From the human T2T-CHM13v2.0 reference genome, Homo sapiens, in NCBI RefSeq assembly GCF_009914755.1, contig NC_060932.1: a DNA stretch of 64,000 bases, one strand, 5' to 3'. Under the pieces are notes generated by a model, which saw nothing but the letters and a program-made list of their open reading frames with translations, was not told where the DNA came from and made no database searches. Positions 12,575 to 25,535 of this stretch are shown here, piece after piece (position 1 is the stretch's first letter; every line of letters starts with the position of its first letter). Made by a program: the position numbers and the translations under genes.

Positions 12575-13640
12575 AAAAAACAATGTAATATGTCATGTCT
12601 CCAACAGACGTTTGTTCATTAACTGGTTCCAATCCTTGGCCTTGGGGTAGTGTTTCTGCCGTGGAGTGGGATCTATGGGAGCAGTTGGAAGGGAGATGTT
12701 CCGTAAGTTGAGAAACACTCAAATTATGCCTCAATGGCACTGAGTGATTCTGCTTAGGTGAATGTGCTTGCTCCAATAGTAAGCTTTGCCTGTAATAACT
12801 AACTAGTAATACAGAGGTTTTCATGGCAGACACAGACAACACTCTCTCTTAATCCCCAAGAAGGGAAAAAAATCTAATCTTGGAGTTTTAAATTTCCACT
12901 CAAAATGAGCTTTTTCGTTTTGTTTTGTTTTTTTTTAAGTCCAGTTTCATTGCTTCCTTCTTGTGAATGAAAGATCACACAGGCATGGGTTTCTGAAGGT
13001 TATCTATAGTTTTGCCTAAAATGGTTATAATTGGAGCAATGAAATAGTGATACCTGCAAAGCCTGAATAACATTATAGCATTATGCAAAATGAAGGCACT
13101 TTAGAAGAATAAAGGAACGATGACAATGCAAATCAGAGCCAGTGAAGGTCACACGTTTTGCATAAAGTGCCTTGCAGTCTAATTCATGTGAACTTCGCCT
13201 GAGGAGAGGAAAGTGACTTATTAGAGCACAACGCTTTTTCAAAGAGCATTACTGCAGAGCCCTGGATCTGCTTACACATCCCACAGGCGGCTGCAAGAAC
13301 TCGGTGAGGAGCTGGGTATAGGCATAGCTGAGCTGAAATTATAGAACCTTTGTTCAGAAATAAAATATCCCAACTTCATCATTGTACTCAGGCTGTCTTT
13401 CTTAACCCTTTGATGGCTGAACTGAATGAGAGTTGCTTAGGGAGCAGGGCCAGGCAGTTATTTAAGGGCTGCCATGTTTATTACCTCCTTTTATTCTCAA
13501 AGTAATTTGAAACAGAAGAGTTGATTTTTGTCCTTTTTACAATTTAGGATATTGAGTCTCAGAAGTAAAATAATTAGCTTATGGCACGTATAGGTGTTGT
13601 AGCTGACATTCAAGCTCTGTTAGATCCTGAGGTCCAAGGT

Positions 13641-14238
13641 TATTTCACTGTATCATGCCATCTAGAAAGAATTACTGTTGGTGCTTTATGAAAGGATCGA
13701 GTCTTTGCACTTAGAGCAAGGGCTTACACATGGTAGGAAGGTTCTTCAATTTGACTTCATAGCATTGCAAGTTCCCTGACCTCCAAACTCTGTCTTTGTT
13801 TCTCCTTCTCCATCAGATCCCTTGCTGTAAGACATAGGTCCAGTCTGATCCTGGCCTCTAACTTCCCATCCTCTTTTCTGGCTCAGTAGAGAGGATAATG
13901 CTTTACTTCATGATGCCGTTCAGGAATCCAAATGCAATCTAGAGCAGGGAGCACTGTATAGAGCTAAGAGTAGGGACCAAAGACTCAGACTTCCTGGACT
14001 GGACCCCTTGTTCCACGTTTCCTTACTTTGTGACCGTAGGAAATTATTTTGTCTATAAAGGAGGTAATACAGATAGGTAGCTCCCCTCAGAGTGGTGTGA
14101 GGAAGAACATAATTTGCCATTTAAAGTTCTTAGTATCATTACTTACATTGTAATAAAGGTTCTATAGATGTTAGCTCTGTTATGTTTTACAAAAACTCCT
14201 ACTACCCTGTTGGCACACTCAAGCCTAAGACTAGAGTA
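13641..14238 (+). repeat. Local direct duplication, copy 2
   Basis: Paralog of 10816-11430. Confidence 0.95.
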
Positions 14239-14379
14239 CATTTTTCATCATGATCAGAGCCAAGAAAGAGTTTCTGCTATTACTGCAAAAAGGTTTTCTA
14301 TGTGGCCAGCCTTGCACAGACTAGCCGGATCATTAGACTCACCTGAACTGCTAAGTCAACAGGCAGAGGCTGAGTCCTG

Positions 14380-14502
14380 CCTTGGAAATCCAATCTTCAC
14401 TGCACATGAAAACTTGGAGGGGTTTAAAAAATATATTGATATCTGGTCTCCACCCAGGTGCCACCCCAGGCTAGCTAAAGCTGCCGGGATTGAGAACCAC
14501 TG
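14380..14502. mobile_element. MER5-like MITE fragment
   Basis: 'tccaatcttcactgcacatgaaaac...gggattgagaaccactgc'. Confidence 0.5.
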
Positions 14503-15189
14503 CACCATAATTTTAAAAAGCAGACTTTATTTTTTGATAAGGCAAGGACGTCAAGTTCAAGTCTTCACTGAGGAGCTTTCCCTTTAGGTACTGGGTGTAA
14601 AACCCTATAAATAGAGCTCATTTGGTTAGTTTGACATGGTTGCAGATACATGACTGGGGCAACTGGAAGACCTTCCTGCCCCTAGGAAGGGAAACTCTTT
14701 TTGTATAATTTACACACATAAATACTTCACAGAATAATACAGGAGAGGATAGAGGTATTGGTAATACTCTAAGTTCTATAATAATTCAGTAGAGAAAAAG
14801 AACAGATGTGTTAAGAAAGAGAGTAGGTTTTGTACTCCAGATGGTCTTCAGTTCAAACCAATTTTCCACTGCAAACCAATTCTGAGACTCTGAAAAAGTT
14901 ATATACTATGGAGGATGTTAACTGTTTGGCAGGATTGTTGTGAGAATTATCAATACTAATTCAAATATAGCAAAATGTCTGGTTTATAGTAAGCATTTAA
15001 TCAATGGTAGCTATAATTTTTGTGGGCTGAAGTCTTCCAATATGGTTTCCTGGATGAGCTCACTCAAAAAAACTTAAGCCTTAAGGAATGAGAAGTTTTA
15101 ATATTCTGTTTGCCATAAAAACAGAGGAGAGAGAAGCAGAGGCTGTAACCAAGGCACTGAAGATAGAGAATGGTGATCTGATGGGATAG

Positions 15190-16125
15190 AGGTGTTAGTT
15201 ACCTGCTTCACACCCACTTCCACCTTCTTTAGATACAACAACTTTTGCAATGTGCTTGATCCCAGGTGACAAATCATGATTGGTTAGTTGAATTAAGTCA
15301 TGGATACCTTTTCCACCTTTATTTTATTTTATTTTTATTTACTTATTTTCATTTTTTATTTTTATTTTTGCCTTTCTTATAGGTAAGGGAGTTGATGGAA
15401 CCCAGTTCAGACTAATGAGAGTTAAGGGGAAGTTGGCTGGTGGACTGAGAAGTTTTCTTTCTAGATAAAAAGGACAGATATCTCATTCCCTTTTTCTTCC
15501 TGCCTTTATTTAAAATTGTGGCTCTTGGAGCTATGGGAACCACTCTAGGAACCATTCTATAACCATAAGGGGATAGCAAAGAGGATAAAAGACCAATTTA
15601 CTAAAAATAGTGAGGTTGAAAGATGGAAGGAGGAGGTGTTCTGATAAGTATCCTTGAGCTGCCACATACTTAGGACAATCTTTTTACACAATTCTTATTA
15701 TATAAGGGAGAAAAATACAATATGGTCATGTATTGCATTAGGATGATTTGGCTGACTACAGACAGCATAGATGACAGAGGTCTTGTAAAATTATAATACT
15801 GTACTTTTACTGTATCTTTTCTATGTTTGGATGCACTAACAATAACCCTTGAGTTACCATTGCCTACAGTATTTGGTATAGTGAGTGACATGCTGCACGG
15901 GTCTAGGAGAAATAGCATATGCCATAGAGCCTAGGCATGTAGAGGCTCTACCATCTGGATTTGTGTGAGCACACTCTATGATGTTTGCACAATGACAAAA
16001 TCACCTGATGACACATTTTGCAGAATGTATTCCCATCCTTAAGTGATGTATAACTGTATTTATATAAGCTACTGTTAGACCAATATTCTTTTATTTGCAA
16101 CCCAAAGCATTCCCAAATTTTATAC
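15190..16125 (+). mobile_element. Old MLT1 (J/K-like) LTR interrupted by Tigger3a
   Basis: 'atcatgattggtt...ggaacccagttcagactaatgaga' and 3' end 'aagctactgtt...atttgcaacccaaagcattccc'. Confidence 0.55.
15723..16056. mobile_element. Tigger3a (MER7A) TcMar-Tigger MITE
   Basis: 'cacactctatgatgtttgcacaatgacaaaatcacc...cttaagtgatgtataactg'. TA on both flanks. Confidence 0.85.
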
Positions 16126-17309
16126 ACATATGGCTAAAGCATTGATAATATCGCTTCCCTTCTCCTCTCTAAAGATCAGCGTAGTTCATCCTATTCCTAT
16201 AGTTAACCTCATAGGTCTAAGAAAAGAAAGGCCTAGTAGGAAAAACCCTCTTTTGATGGAGAGTTGGGTAAGATACAGAGGAGAACTTGTTCACCTAGAG
16301 TATTTTTTTTTTCCCTAGGAAGCACCTCTCAAATGTGTCTATCTGTAATACACATTTCTTCTATGGATTTTAGAAAAGGCCACCGAAAATCTAGCCAAGT
16401 TAGAATGAACACTACCTACTTGAGACAAATGATTCATCCTATTTCTGGAAATCACAACCATGTCACCCAAAGGAAGAGAGCCAGTCTATTGTTTTAATAC
16501 AATCTGAAGCATTCCCAACAGTTTGCTCCGTGCCCTTCTCCAAACCCTAAGAGTTAAATTCCTCTGATGGAAACCCAAGTGAGCTTGTGCACTCTGAGGG
16601 GATTGGGGTCACATTTTCTAAAGGTAGATGACTCCTTTGTCATTTCAGGTGTAAGCTATTGTACGTGAGCACCACTGTGTATGGCTGTTAGTACAAAATC
16701 TGCTTCTGTCAAGTTTCAGGGAATATAAGGGTATGAATCATACTGAAATTGCATATTCTCATGAAACCACCATGAAACCACCATGTCTGGTGTAACACAC
16801 TGCCCATTGCTGCTCAAACATCAGAGGTTTTTTTGTTTTTTTTTTTCTCCTCCTGATCTAGGATTAGCCAGAACCATGTGTGCTGATAGATGGAGGATGT
16901 GGATATCCCACAATATATTCTACATGGCCTACAAAGACAGAAGTGCTCCAATTTTTCTCCCATCCTGATGTCATAGTGCTTGAAATGTCAGCATTCCTTT
17001 GCTTTTAGTTCTTCTCTAAACACATATGTTGCTATTGTAGGAGGTATATTGATGAGTTTACACTAAGGAACTAAGGTGTAAATGGTTAACTTCATTCTAT
17101 TCCCCTGTCTGGTAAACCCAGATGAGTAGAGGCAGGAAGTTTTAGTCATACTACACTCTATATTCTTCTTTGTGCTACAAACATGACCTATACTTTTTTT
17201 TTAATCTGGATTCCTTTGATCACTATGTTCTTGCATGGACTGTGCTTCCTCTCCCATCTTTATCTTCCAACATGGTCTTGACCAGTCAGTGTTTAGCTCC
17301 ATAACTCAT

Positions 17310-17575
17310 GTGTTGGTTAATTCATTCACTCAGTCACTTGTTCAATTCTCACCATCCCAGCCCTTGTGGAGTCTAGAAAGAGACATAGAGGTTAATCAAA
17401 GATTCACACTATTCAATATAGCATTACCACCCTTGAAAGCATTATAATGAAGAGGCATTTGGTGCTATGAGAGGGTATCGTAGGGGTATTTTCCCTGGTC
17501 AGGGAAGCAAGGAAGGGCTTTCCTAAGGAAGTGAGGGTTGATCTATAACTGCAAGGGAAACAAGGGGTTAACTAG
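17310..17575 (-). mobile_element. L2 fragment
   Basis: 'ttcattcactca...gaagggctttcctaaggaagtgag'. Confidence 0.5.
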
Positions 17576-18369
17576 GCAGCCATAGTTGGCTCTGGGCACT
17601 CATAGGATTGTGGATGGTTAGGAAGATTAAATGAGACTGTGAATGCCTTTAGTAGGGTTCCCAGCACATAGTGCATGCTCAATAAATGGTGACTGTTATG
17701 ATTACTGGTATCAGTTTTATTGATTGTGAAATGCAGCCATATTCAATAGTATAACCTTTTAACCTTTGTCAAGGTACGCTAAAGTCTTCTAGTTATAAAG
17801 TCTGACTCATTCATGACTTCAAATCTCATGAACTCATTTTTTGAACTCAAGAACTCCTTTTGGGGGGAACTCAATTTTTATGTCACGATATGGGAGGCTG
17901 AAAAGCCAACTGGACTGATGCCTCAGGCAAGATATTAGTCTCATTTCCTTTCCCTACCTCCTAAGACATGGAGTTTTGGCTTCTGACCTCTATTGTAAAT
18001 TGAAAAGTAAAAATCTTACTTCAGTGTTTATCAAAATTTTAGATGTGCATTATCATTTGACCCAGCAAGTCTCCTTGTAAGAATCGAAACTTATACAAAT
18101 ACATATAAGCCTAAAAAAAGACAAGGGCAAGAGTGTTCATTTCAATATTTATAACAGCAAAATATTAGAAATCATTTAAATAACCATCAATTTGGAAATG
18201 GTTCTGTACATCTCTATGTCTTGTTTATGAAAGACTGTGCAGGAGTTAAAAACCATGAGGTGGATCTTATCCAGTAAGTCCAAGGAATATTTCAAAGTAA
18301 AAATGAAATGTCACATGTAGTGTGATCCTATGTATGAAAAATAAATTGAAAAGCAAAACAATATGTGTG

Positions 18370-18610
18370 AATAGTGTGATGGTCAACAGAGTATACTCCG
18401 ATGTTAGACTACCTGGATTCAAATCTCAGTTCCCCCAGTCCTAATTGGTTAAGTTTGGGCAACCGTTTAACCAATCTGGCATCAGTTTCTTTATCTATAA
18501 ATATGGATAAAAATAGTACATACCTCACAGGGATGTTGTGAAGGTTAAATGATTTAATAGGTAAAAAGTGCTTAGAACATTACTCTGCTCTAAGGGCTCA
18601 CATGTGTTTA
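18370..18610 (+). mobile_element. MIR
   Basis: 'cctggattcaaatctcag...cagtttctttatctataaaat...cctcacagggatgttgtgaaggttaaatg'. Confidence 0.75.
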
Positions 18611-18864
18611 TTATTTTTGTTGTTGTTTGTAATTTTTATTTTTAAATTGTAAATTAAGAAATTATTGAATATACTTATAAGGTACAAAGTGAGGTTATGA
18701 TTTATGAATACAATGTGGAATAATTAAATTAGGCTCATTAACATATGCATCACCTCAAACACCATTTTTTGTGGTGAGAACATTTGAAATATACTCTCTT
18801 AGCAATTAAAAAATGTATGATACATTAATATACATGAATACTATATTCGCCACATTATACAATA

Positions 18865-19211
18865 CAGAGTCTCCTTGACTTATGATGGGGTTATGCCCTG
18901 GTAAGCCCATTGTAAATTAAAGGTCAAAAATGCATTTAATGTTCGGAAATGGTGGCTCCTGCCTATAATCTCAGCACTTTGGAAGGCAGTGGAGGGCAGA
19001 TCACTTGAAGTCAGGAGTTTGAGACCGGGCTGGCCAACACAGTGAAACCCCATCTCCACTAAAAATACAAACATTTGCCGGGCATGGTGGCGCATGCCTG
19101 TAGTCCCAGATACTCAAGAGGCTGAGGCATTGAACCTGGGAGCTGGAGGTTGCAGTGAGTCAAGATCGCACCATTGCACTCCAGCCTGGGCAAGAGATAG
19201 AGGCCATATCT

Positions 19212-19244
<33 letters not shown>

Positions 19245-19555
19245 CGCGTTTAATACACTTAATCTACTGAAAATCACAGCTTAGCTTGGACTGCCTTAAA
19301 TGTGCTCAGAACACTTCTATAGTTGGGCAGAAACATCAGGCAAGACAGACACGGTAAAGATTGGTGGTTTACCCCCGTGCATGGCTGATGGGAATTTACA
19401 GCTCTTGTTGTCACTCAGCACTGAGGGAGTATTGAACTGCAGGTCTCTAGCCCAGGAAAAGATCAAAATTCAAAATTTGAGATATGATTTCTACTGAATG
19501 TATGTGGTTTTTGGACTGTTGTCAAGTTGAAAAACCTAAATCAGGAACAATGTCT
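18865..19555. mobile_element. Tigger5/MER47B-like DNA transposon
   Basis: 'ctccttgacttatgatggggtta' and 'ggaaaagatcaaaattcaaaattt...tttctactgaatg'. Split by an Alu. Confidence 0.8.
18941..19240 (+). mobile_element. AluS inside the Tigger5/MER47
   Basis: Full Alu with long A-tail. TSD aaaaatgcatttaat / aaaagcgcgtttaat. Confidence 0.92.
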
Positions 19556-19976
19556 ATCTCAGAGAACAAAAACTATTCTTTTTGTCTGATTGAGGCTTTG
19601 TACCCTTTGACCATGGTCTCCACATGTCTCCCATGCACCAGCTTCAGGTAAGCACCATTCTTCTATTCTCTGCTTCTTTGAGTTCAATTATGTTAAATTC
19701 CATGTGTGAGTGTGAATATGCAGTATTTGTTTCTCTGTGCTGACTTATTATTTAGCATAATGTTTTTCATTTCTATCCCTGTAGTTGCAAATGACAAAAT
19801 ATCTTTCTTTTTTAAAGCTGCATAGTATTCCATTGTGTATATGTACCATATTTCCATTGTCCACTCTTTGGTGATGGACACTTAGGTTGATTTTATAACT
19901 TGGCTCCTGTGAATAGTGCTTCAGTGAACATGGGAGTGCAGATGTCTCTTTAACATACTGATTTAAAAGCTTTTGG

Positions 19977-20469
<493 letters not shown>

Positions 20470-21399
20470 CTATAGAAAGACTGCAGATTTTCCAATAGAT
20501 TCTGAATTAACAAAAACAGGTGATACCTATGCATTTATCGTAAGTTCCCATTTTATTTAACCAAGGATACAAAATGTAAGGGAGGCAAGCATGACCTCAT
20601 GTTGCTCATCTTGTCACGTCTTTTGTTCTGGGGCCTTGAATCCTCATCAGAGCCAAAAGCTGAAGGTGATACTCTCCACCCAGGTTGGGCTCTGCCATGT
20701 TGAGATGACAGCACTGAGAAGGTGCCTTGTGGGAGAGCTTTATGATTCCACAACTATGGGGTGGGGAGAACTTACCTTTAACAACCTGAATGTTTGGGTT
20801 TCAAGGGAGAGAGTTTGCAAACTTCAGGCTCTCCTGGATGACAAACTGAACTCAGTATTAGGAAGGCCACATTCTCCTGCCAGAGGAAGCAGAGTGGATA
20901 CCCATGTGTCTTTCCAAAATAGAATACTGTGTGTAGCTTTCCAGCGATTCAGAAAGTCTGTTTCACCTCATTCTGCCCCTATCCCTACCCCACACCACAG
21001 CTCTGCTTGTATCCTTTTTTTCCTGGGTGATTTTGGCATTGAGTTTGACCCAAGGACATAAGTTAATTTTTCTTCTCCCATCCACTAAATTGTTAATTAA
21101 TGGCGGGGAGAGAAGTGGGGGCAGGAGTTGAAGAATTGGGGGATTGACTGGAAGAGGGAAACCCACAGAGGGAAACTTTCAATGGTTACTCCTTATACTT
21201 CTTGGTGGTTTGAAGTGTTTGCAATGAGAAAATATTCATGTAGTAGTCACCTGTGTGTGCTTTTTACATATAAAAAGTTCTTGCTGTCTTTATATCATCT
21301 GTCTATGGAGGCTGACCTTTGGGTGGTGAACAGGATAACAAGAGGTCAAGTTCCACAGCTCCTTTTCTCATGATAACAGAATAACTTTATTTGCTTTAA

Positions 21400-22015
21400 A
21401 ATTTTTAGTATGCAATTTTTCACATACAGAAATGTAGAGAGACTATTATAATGGACACATGCCTTGGTTTAACATTTACTAACATATTGCTGCATTTGCT
21501 TTATTTTTTGTTTGTTTGTTTTGCTCAGTATTTTATTTTTTTTGAGGCAATCTCACTCTGTTGCCCAGGCTGGGTTCAGTGGTGTGATCTCCGCTCACTG
21601 CAACCTCCGTCTCAATAGTTGAAGTGGTTCTCCTGCCTCAGCCACCCCAGTAGCTGGGATTACAAGCATGCACCACCACACCCAGCTAATTTTTGTATTT
21701 TTAGTAGAGATGGGGTTTCACCACGTTGGCCAGACTGGTCTCGAACTGCTGACTCCAAGTGATCTGCCTGCCTCGGCCTCCCAAAGTGCTGGGATTACAG
21801 ACATGAGCCACTGCACCCGGCCTGCTTAGCATTTTAGAGTAGTTTATATTTTAAAGCAAATTACAGATATCACATTTTAACCTCAAATATTTCAGAATGC
21901 ATATCTAAAAAGTAAGGCTATTATGTTACATAACAATAATACAATTATTATACCCATAAAAATTAACAGTAATTTCCTAGTGGCATGGAAGGCCCAATCC
22001 AAATTCAAATGTCCT
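21400..22015 (-). mobile_element. Old L1 (L1MC/ME-like) 3' fragment
   Basis: 'ttttaaagcaaattacagatatcac...acataacaataatacaattatta...aaaattaacagtaatttcct'. Confidence 0.55.
21535..21822 (-). mobile_element. AluS
   Basis: Antisense Alu. Degenerate TSD tgctcagtatttt / tgcttagcatttt. Confidence 0.93.
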
Positions 22016-22295
22016 TAATAGGCCCAGAAGTTTCCTTCATAGTTGATATATTCAGACCACACACTGCATTGGGGAGTCTTTCGTGGTTTTCTGTAAGGCC
22101 TCTGGAGGGCATCAGGATTATGAGGGATGCCTTGGTCCTCAGCCGGAAAGAGGCAGTTGGAGAATGGCTGTACTTTCCTGGGTGATGGTTTCCCATGGCA
22201 GAAGCTAAGGCACCTGGCACTCTTGCTTAATGACCAAGAACCAGAACAGGAACAAGCCTGTGATTACTCATTGACCTGAGCTGGGGATTGTGTGA

Positions 22296-22319
22296 CCAAT
22301 ATGCAAATCACATGCAAAT
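22296..22319 (+). promoter_or_regulatory. CCAAT followed by two octamer (ATGCAAAT) motifs
   Basis: ccaat-atgcaaat-cac-atgcaaat in unique sequence. Function not shown. Confidence 0.35.
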
Positions 22320-23849
22320 CTGAGAAAACTCCACCGACTCCCCTTAAAGGGGTCAATGAAAAGTGAAGAGCATCTATTAGTTTATTGCATCTGTTAGGAA
22401 AGAGAATATGTTCTTAAATTTGTGGAATTGAGGCTTTGTTGGTTTATAGCACTTTTAACTTCACTTTCCTTCTCCAGACAAGTGAATTTGGCAGGTTATC
22501 AACGACCCTCTGCTTAAACTTTGAAACTTAGGTTACTTGTCCTCAGCAGAAAATCTCCTTAGCTGATCAGTGCTATTGCCATACATGCACTGCCCTGATT
22601 GCCTTAGGACTCCCAAATTCAAGCCCTAATTCTGCCGATAACCCCGTATGAGCTTCATTCCAGCTTTAAAAATCACTCACATCCTCTGGAAAATGAAGGG
22701 GTTGACCTAATGATCTTCGAGTTGATTTCTGGTTCTAAAGCTCTAGGTATCCCTGAAAAGATCTGGCCTTTTTTCTTCAAATGTATCTCCTGGAATCTGA
22801 TGGAAATTGGAAATTGAGGTCATAGATATTCCTTCAGTGTGCACTGCTGGAAAAAAAAAAAAAAGGAAAACAGCAATCCTCATTCATTTTACTAGCTATC
22901 TCCTCATAATTTTTTTCCCAGTTTTATTTTTTTTTGTTTTTATTGATGAGAAAGATTATTAATAGGACACTTGGATGCATTCATCCAAATTGAAGTTTTG
23001 ATCCCTTTGAATGATCTTAAACACGTGATTTTAAGAAGAAAGTCTTGTGAGTGTTCCATGGCCGGACCTGATAACTCAATACTGGTTAAGATACCGGAAC
23101 AAAACCAAACACCCTCAAAGATACAAGATTAGAGAGAGGACCTGGGTGTTCAGAGGACCTGGGTGTCTCAGCTTCCTGCACGATGTGCCAGTTTCTAACT
23201 TTGAACGCTGACAGGTGAAGGGAGAGTACATTCCTTGAGTCCTTGCCAAGAGCCAGGCCATACATGCATGGCTTTATTTAAACCATGACTATAAAAAGTA
23301 AATATTCTTAATCCCATTTTCCAGATAAAGAAACTGAGGTTTAGAAGACAGTTTTAATTACCCACTCAAGGTCACACAGAAACGAGCATCAGTGGATCCT
23401 GGCCCAGATGTGGAGCCAAAGCCCTCCCTGCTTCCCCTTCTCATTATCCGCTCTCCTGTGGTCTAATTTTCCTCTAAAAATGATAGACGTTGATGCTGGT
23501 CAAGACTAAGAGAATGTGGATACAACAGAAGTGGTGTCTGAGGTATTTTCTTTCCAGGTGTATTTGTTGGATGCTTGATTTTTGAGCTGCAGTCTTTAGC
23601 AGCCAAGTACAATTCTGTTGCTTAATATTAATGACCTAAGCTCTCAGTTCTCCGTTAATTCCAGGTCTTCACGCCCATACTTGTTCTACAGGGAGAGCTT
23701 TTCCCCTTCTTTATCTGGGTACCGCTTTCTCATTGCCCCCTTCGAGAGCTGCCTCTGACTCCTCAGGCTAGGCCAGGGCTCCCTGGTGTGCACCCTCCTA
23801 GTTCTTGGGCCTTCTCCTTTTGAAGCATGTGTTTATATACATGTAGTTG

Positions 23850-24185
23850 CTGTTTAGTATGAGACAGGTTGGTATGGAGATTCAGTAAGTTTCTGAGTTC
23901 AGATCCCAGGCTCCCTTACTTACTGGAGAGCCTGGGATCTGAACTCAGAAACTTACTGAATCTCCATACCAACCTGTCTCATGCTAAGCTGCTTCTATAC
24001 AGCTGTGGACCAGGTTACTTAACCCTCATGTGCCTCAGTTTCCTCATCTGTGAAAGAGAGTTAATGATGGTACCTAATATCCATAGGATATTGGTGAGGA
24101 TTATATCAGTTAATTCACGTGAAGTCCTTAGAACAGTGCCTGGCGTGTAGCAAGCACTCAATCATTGTTAGCTATCATTATTTTG
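23850..24185 (+). mobile_element. MIR containing an inverted duplication
   Basis: MIR core 'gttacttaaccctcatgtgcctcagtttcctcatctgtgaaa' and tail 'cttagaacagtgcctggc'. Confidence 0.8.
23859..23982. repeat. Perfect 55-bp inverted repeat with 14-nt spacer
   Basis: 23859-23913 is the exact reverse complement of 23928-23982, checked base by base. Confidence 0.97.
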
Positions 24186-24341
24186 TCTTGCTTTCCAGTA
24201 AACAATAGTTCTACTTGGGTGGATACTATAAATATATCTGTCTCATTTACTGTTGTATACCTGGTGTCTGCAGGCATTGCAGATACTCAAAAAGTATCCA
24301 TTTTATGCTCTAATTACAACCTTTCTGTATCATGCCCTACT

Positions 24342-24413
24342 GAATATCTGCCACATGCTAGGCCAGATGAATATCTGCCGCGTGCTAGGCCAGAATATCT
24401 GCCACATGCTAGG
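24342..24413. repeat. Three copies of a ~24-bp unit gaatatctgccacatgctaggcca
   Basis: Read directly. Lies at the edge of an antisense MIR. Confidence 0.9.
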
Positions 24414-25026
24414 AGCTTTCATATGTATGATTTCTCACAACTGTCATAAATTACTTATTATTGGCGTAGCCATTTTACTGTTGAGGAAATAAAGGTTCAG
24501 AGAAGCACACTGATTTGCTTTGGGTCACACAGCAATTCAAAAGCTGGGGTAGTATTGAACCCCATATCTGGATGATTCTGGGCCCAGTGCTCTTTTCCTT
24601 CGTCTAAGCTGCCTCTTTGTGCCACAAAAGGACAATGGGCCTTATGTAAACCCTATGTAAATAGGAGGTTCTGATTTCATGAAACCAAAGCCAAAGCAAA
24701 GTAAGCAGAAGTTAACAAAAGAGCTACAGTCATCTGATATTTTATTTATTTTTTTCTTTTAAAAAAATATACCTCTTCCTTCTTTCCTAGATACCAAAAG
24801 CAATGTTGATTTCTGAGCAGAGAACAAAAATCATGAAGGCCTCTTCCATGGAGTTCACAGATTTCTGGGTAGAGGACGAAACACCACTTTGTAATGCTTA
24901 TTTGTTGGTAATTATGGTGGACCTCTTGAGCACTCTGAACTGTGAGAATTCGCAGCTTTGGACCATTAAGCTAGAAGACCTCTGAAGAACTGTTGCTATT
25001 GTACCAAATTAAGAACAGCGTATTTC

Positions 25027-25535
<509 letters not shown>

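Noticed and set aside
20591-21061. 156-aa ORF in unique sequence
   Set aside because: No recognisable homology or coding-like composition. Compatible with chance.
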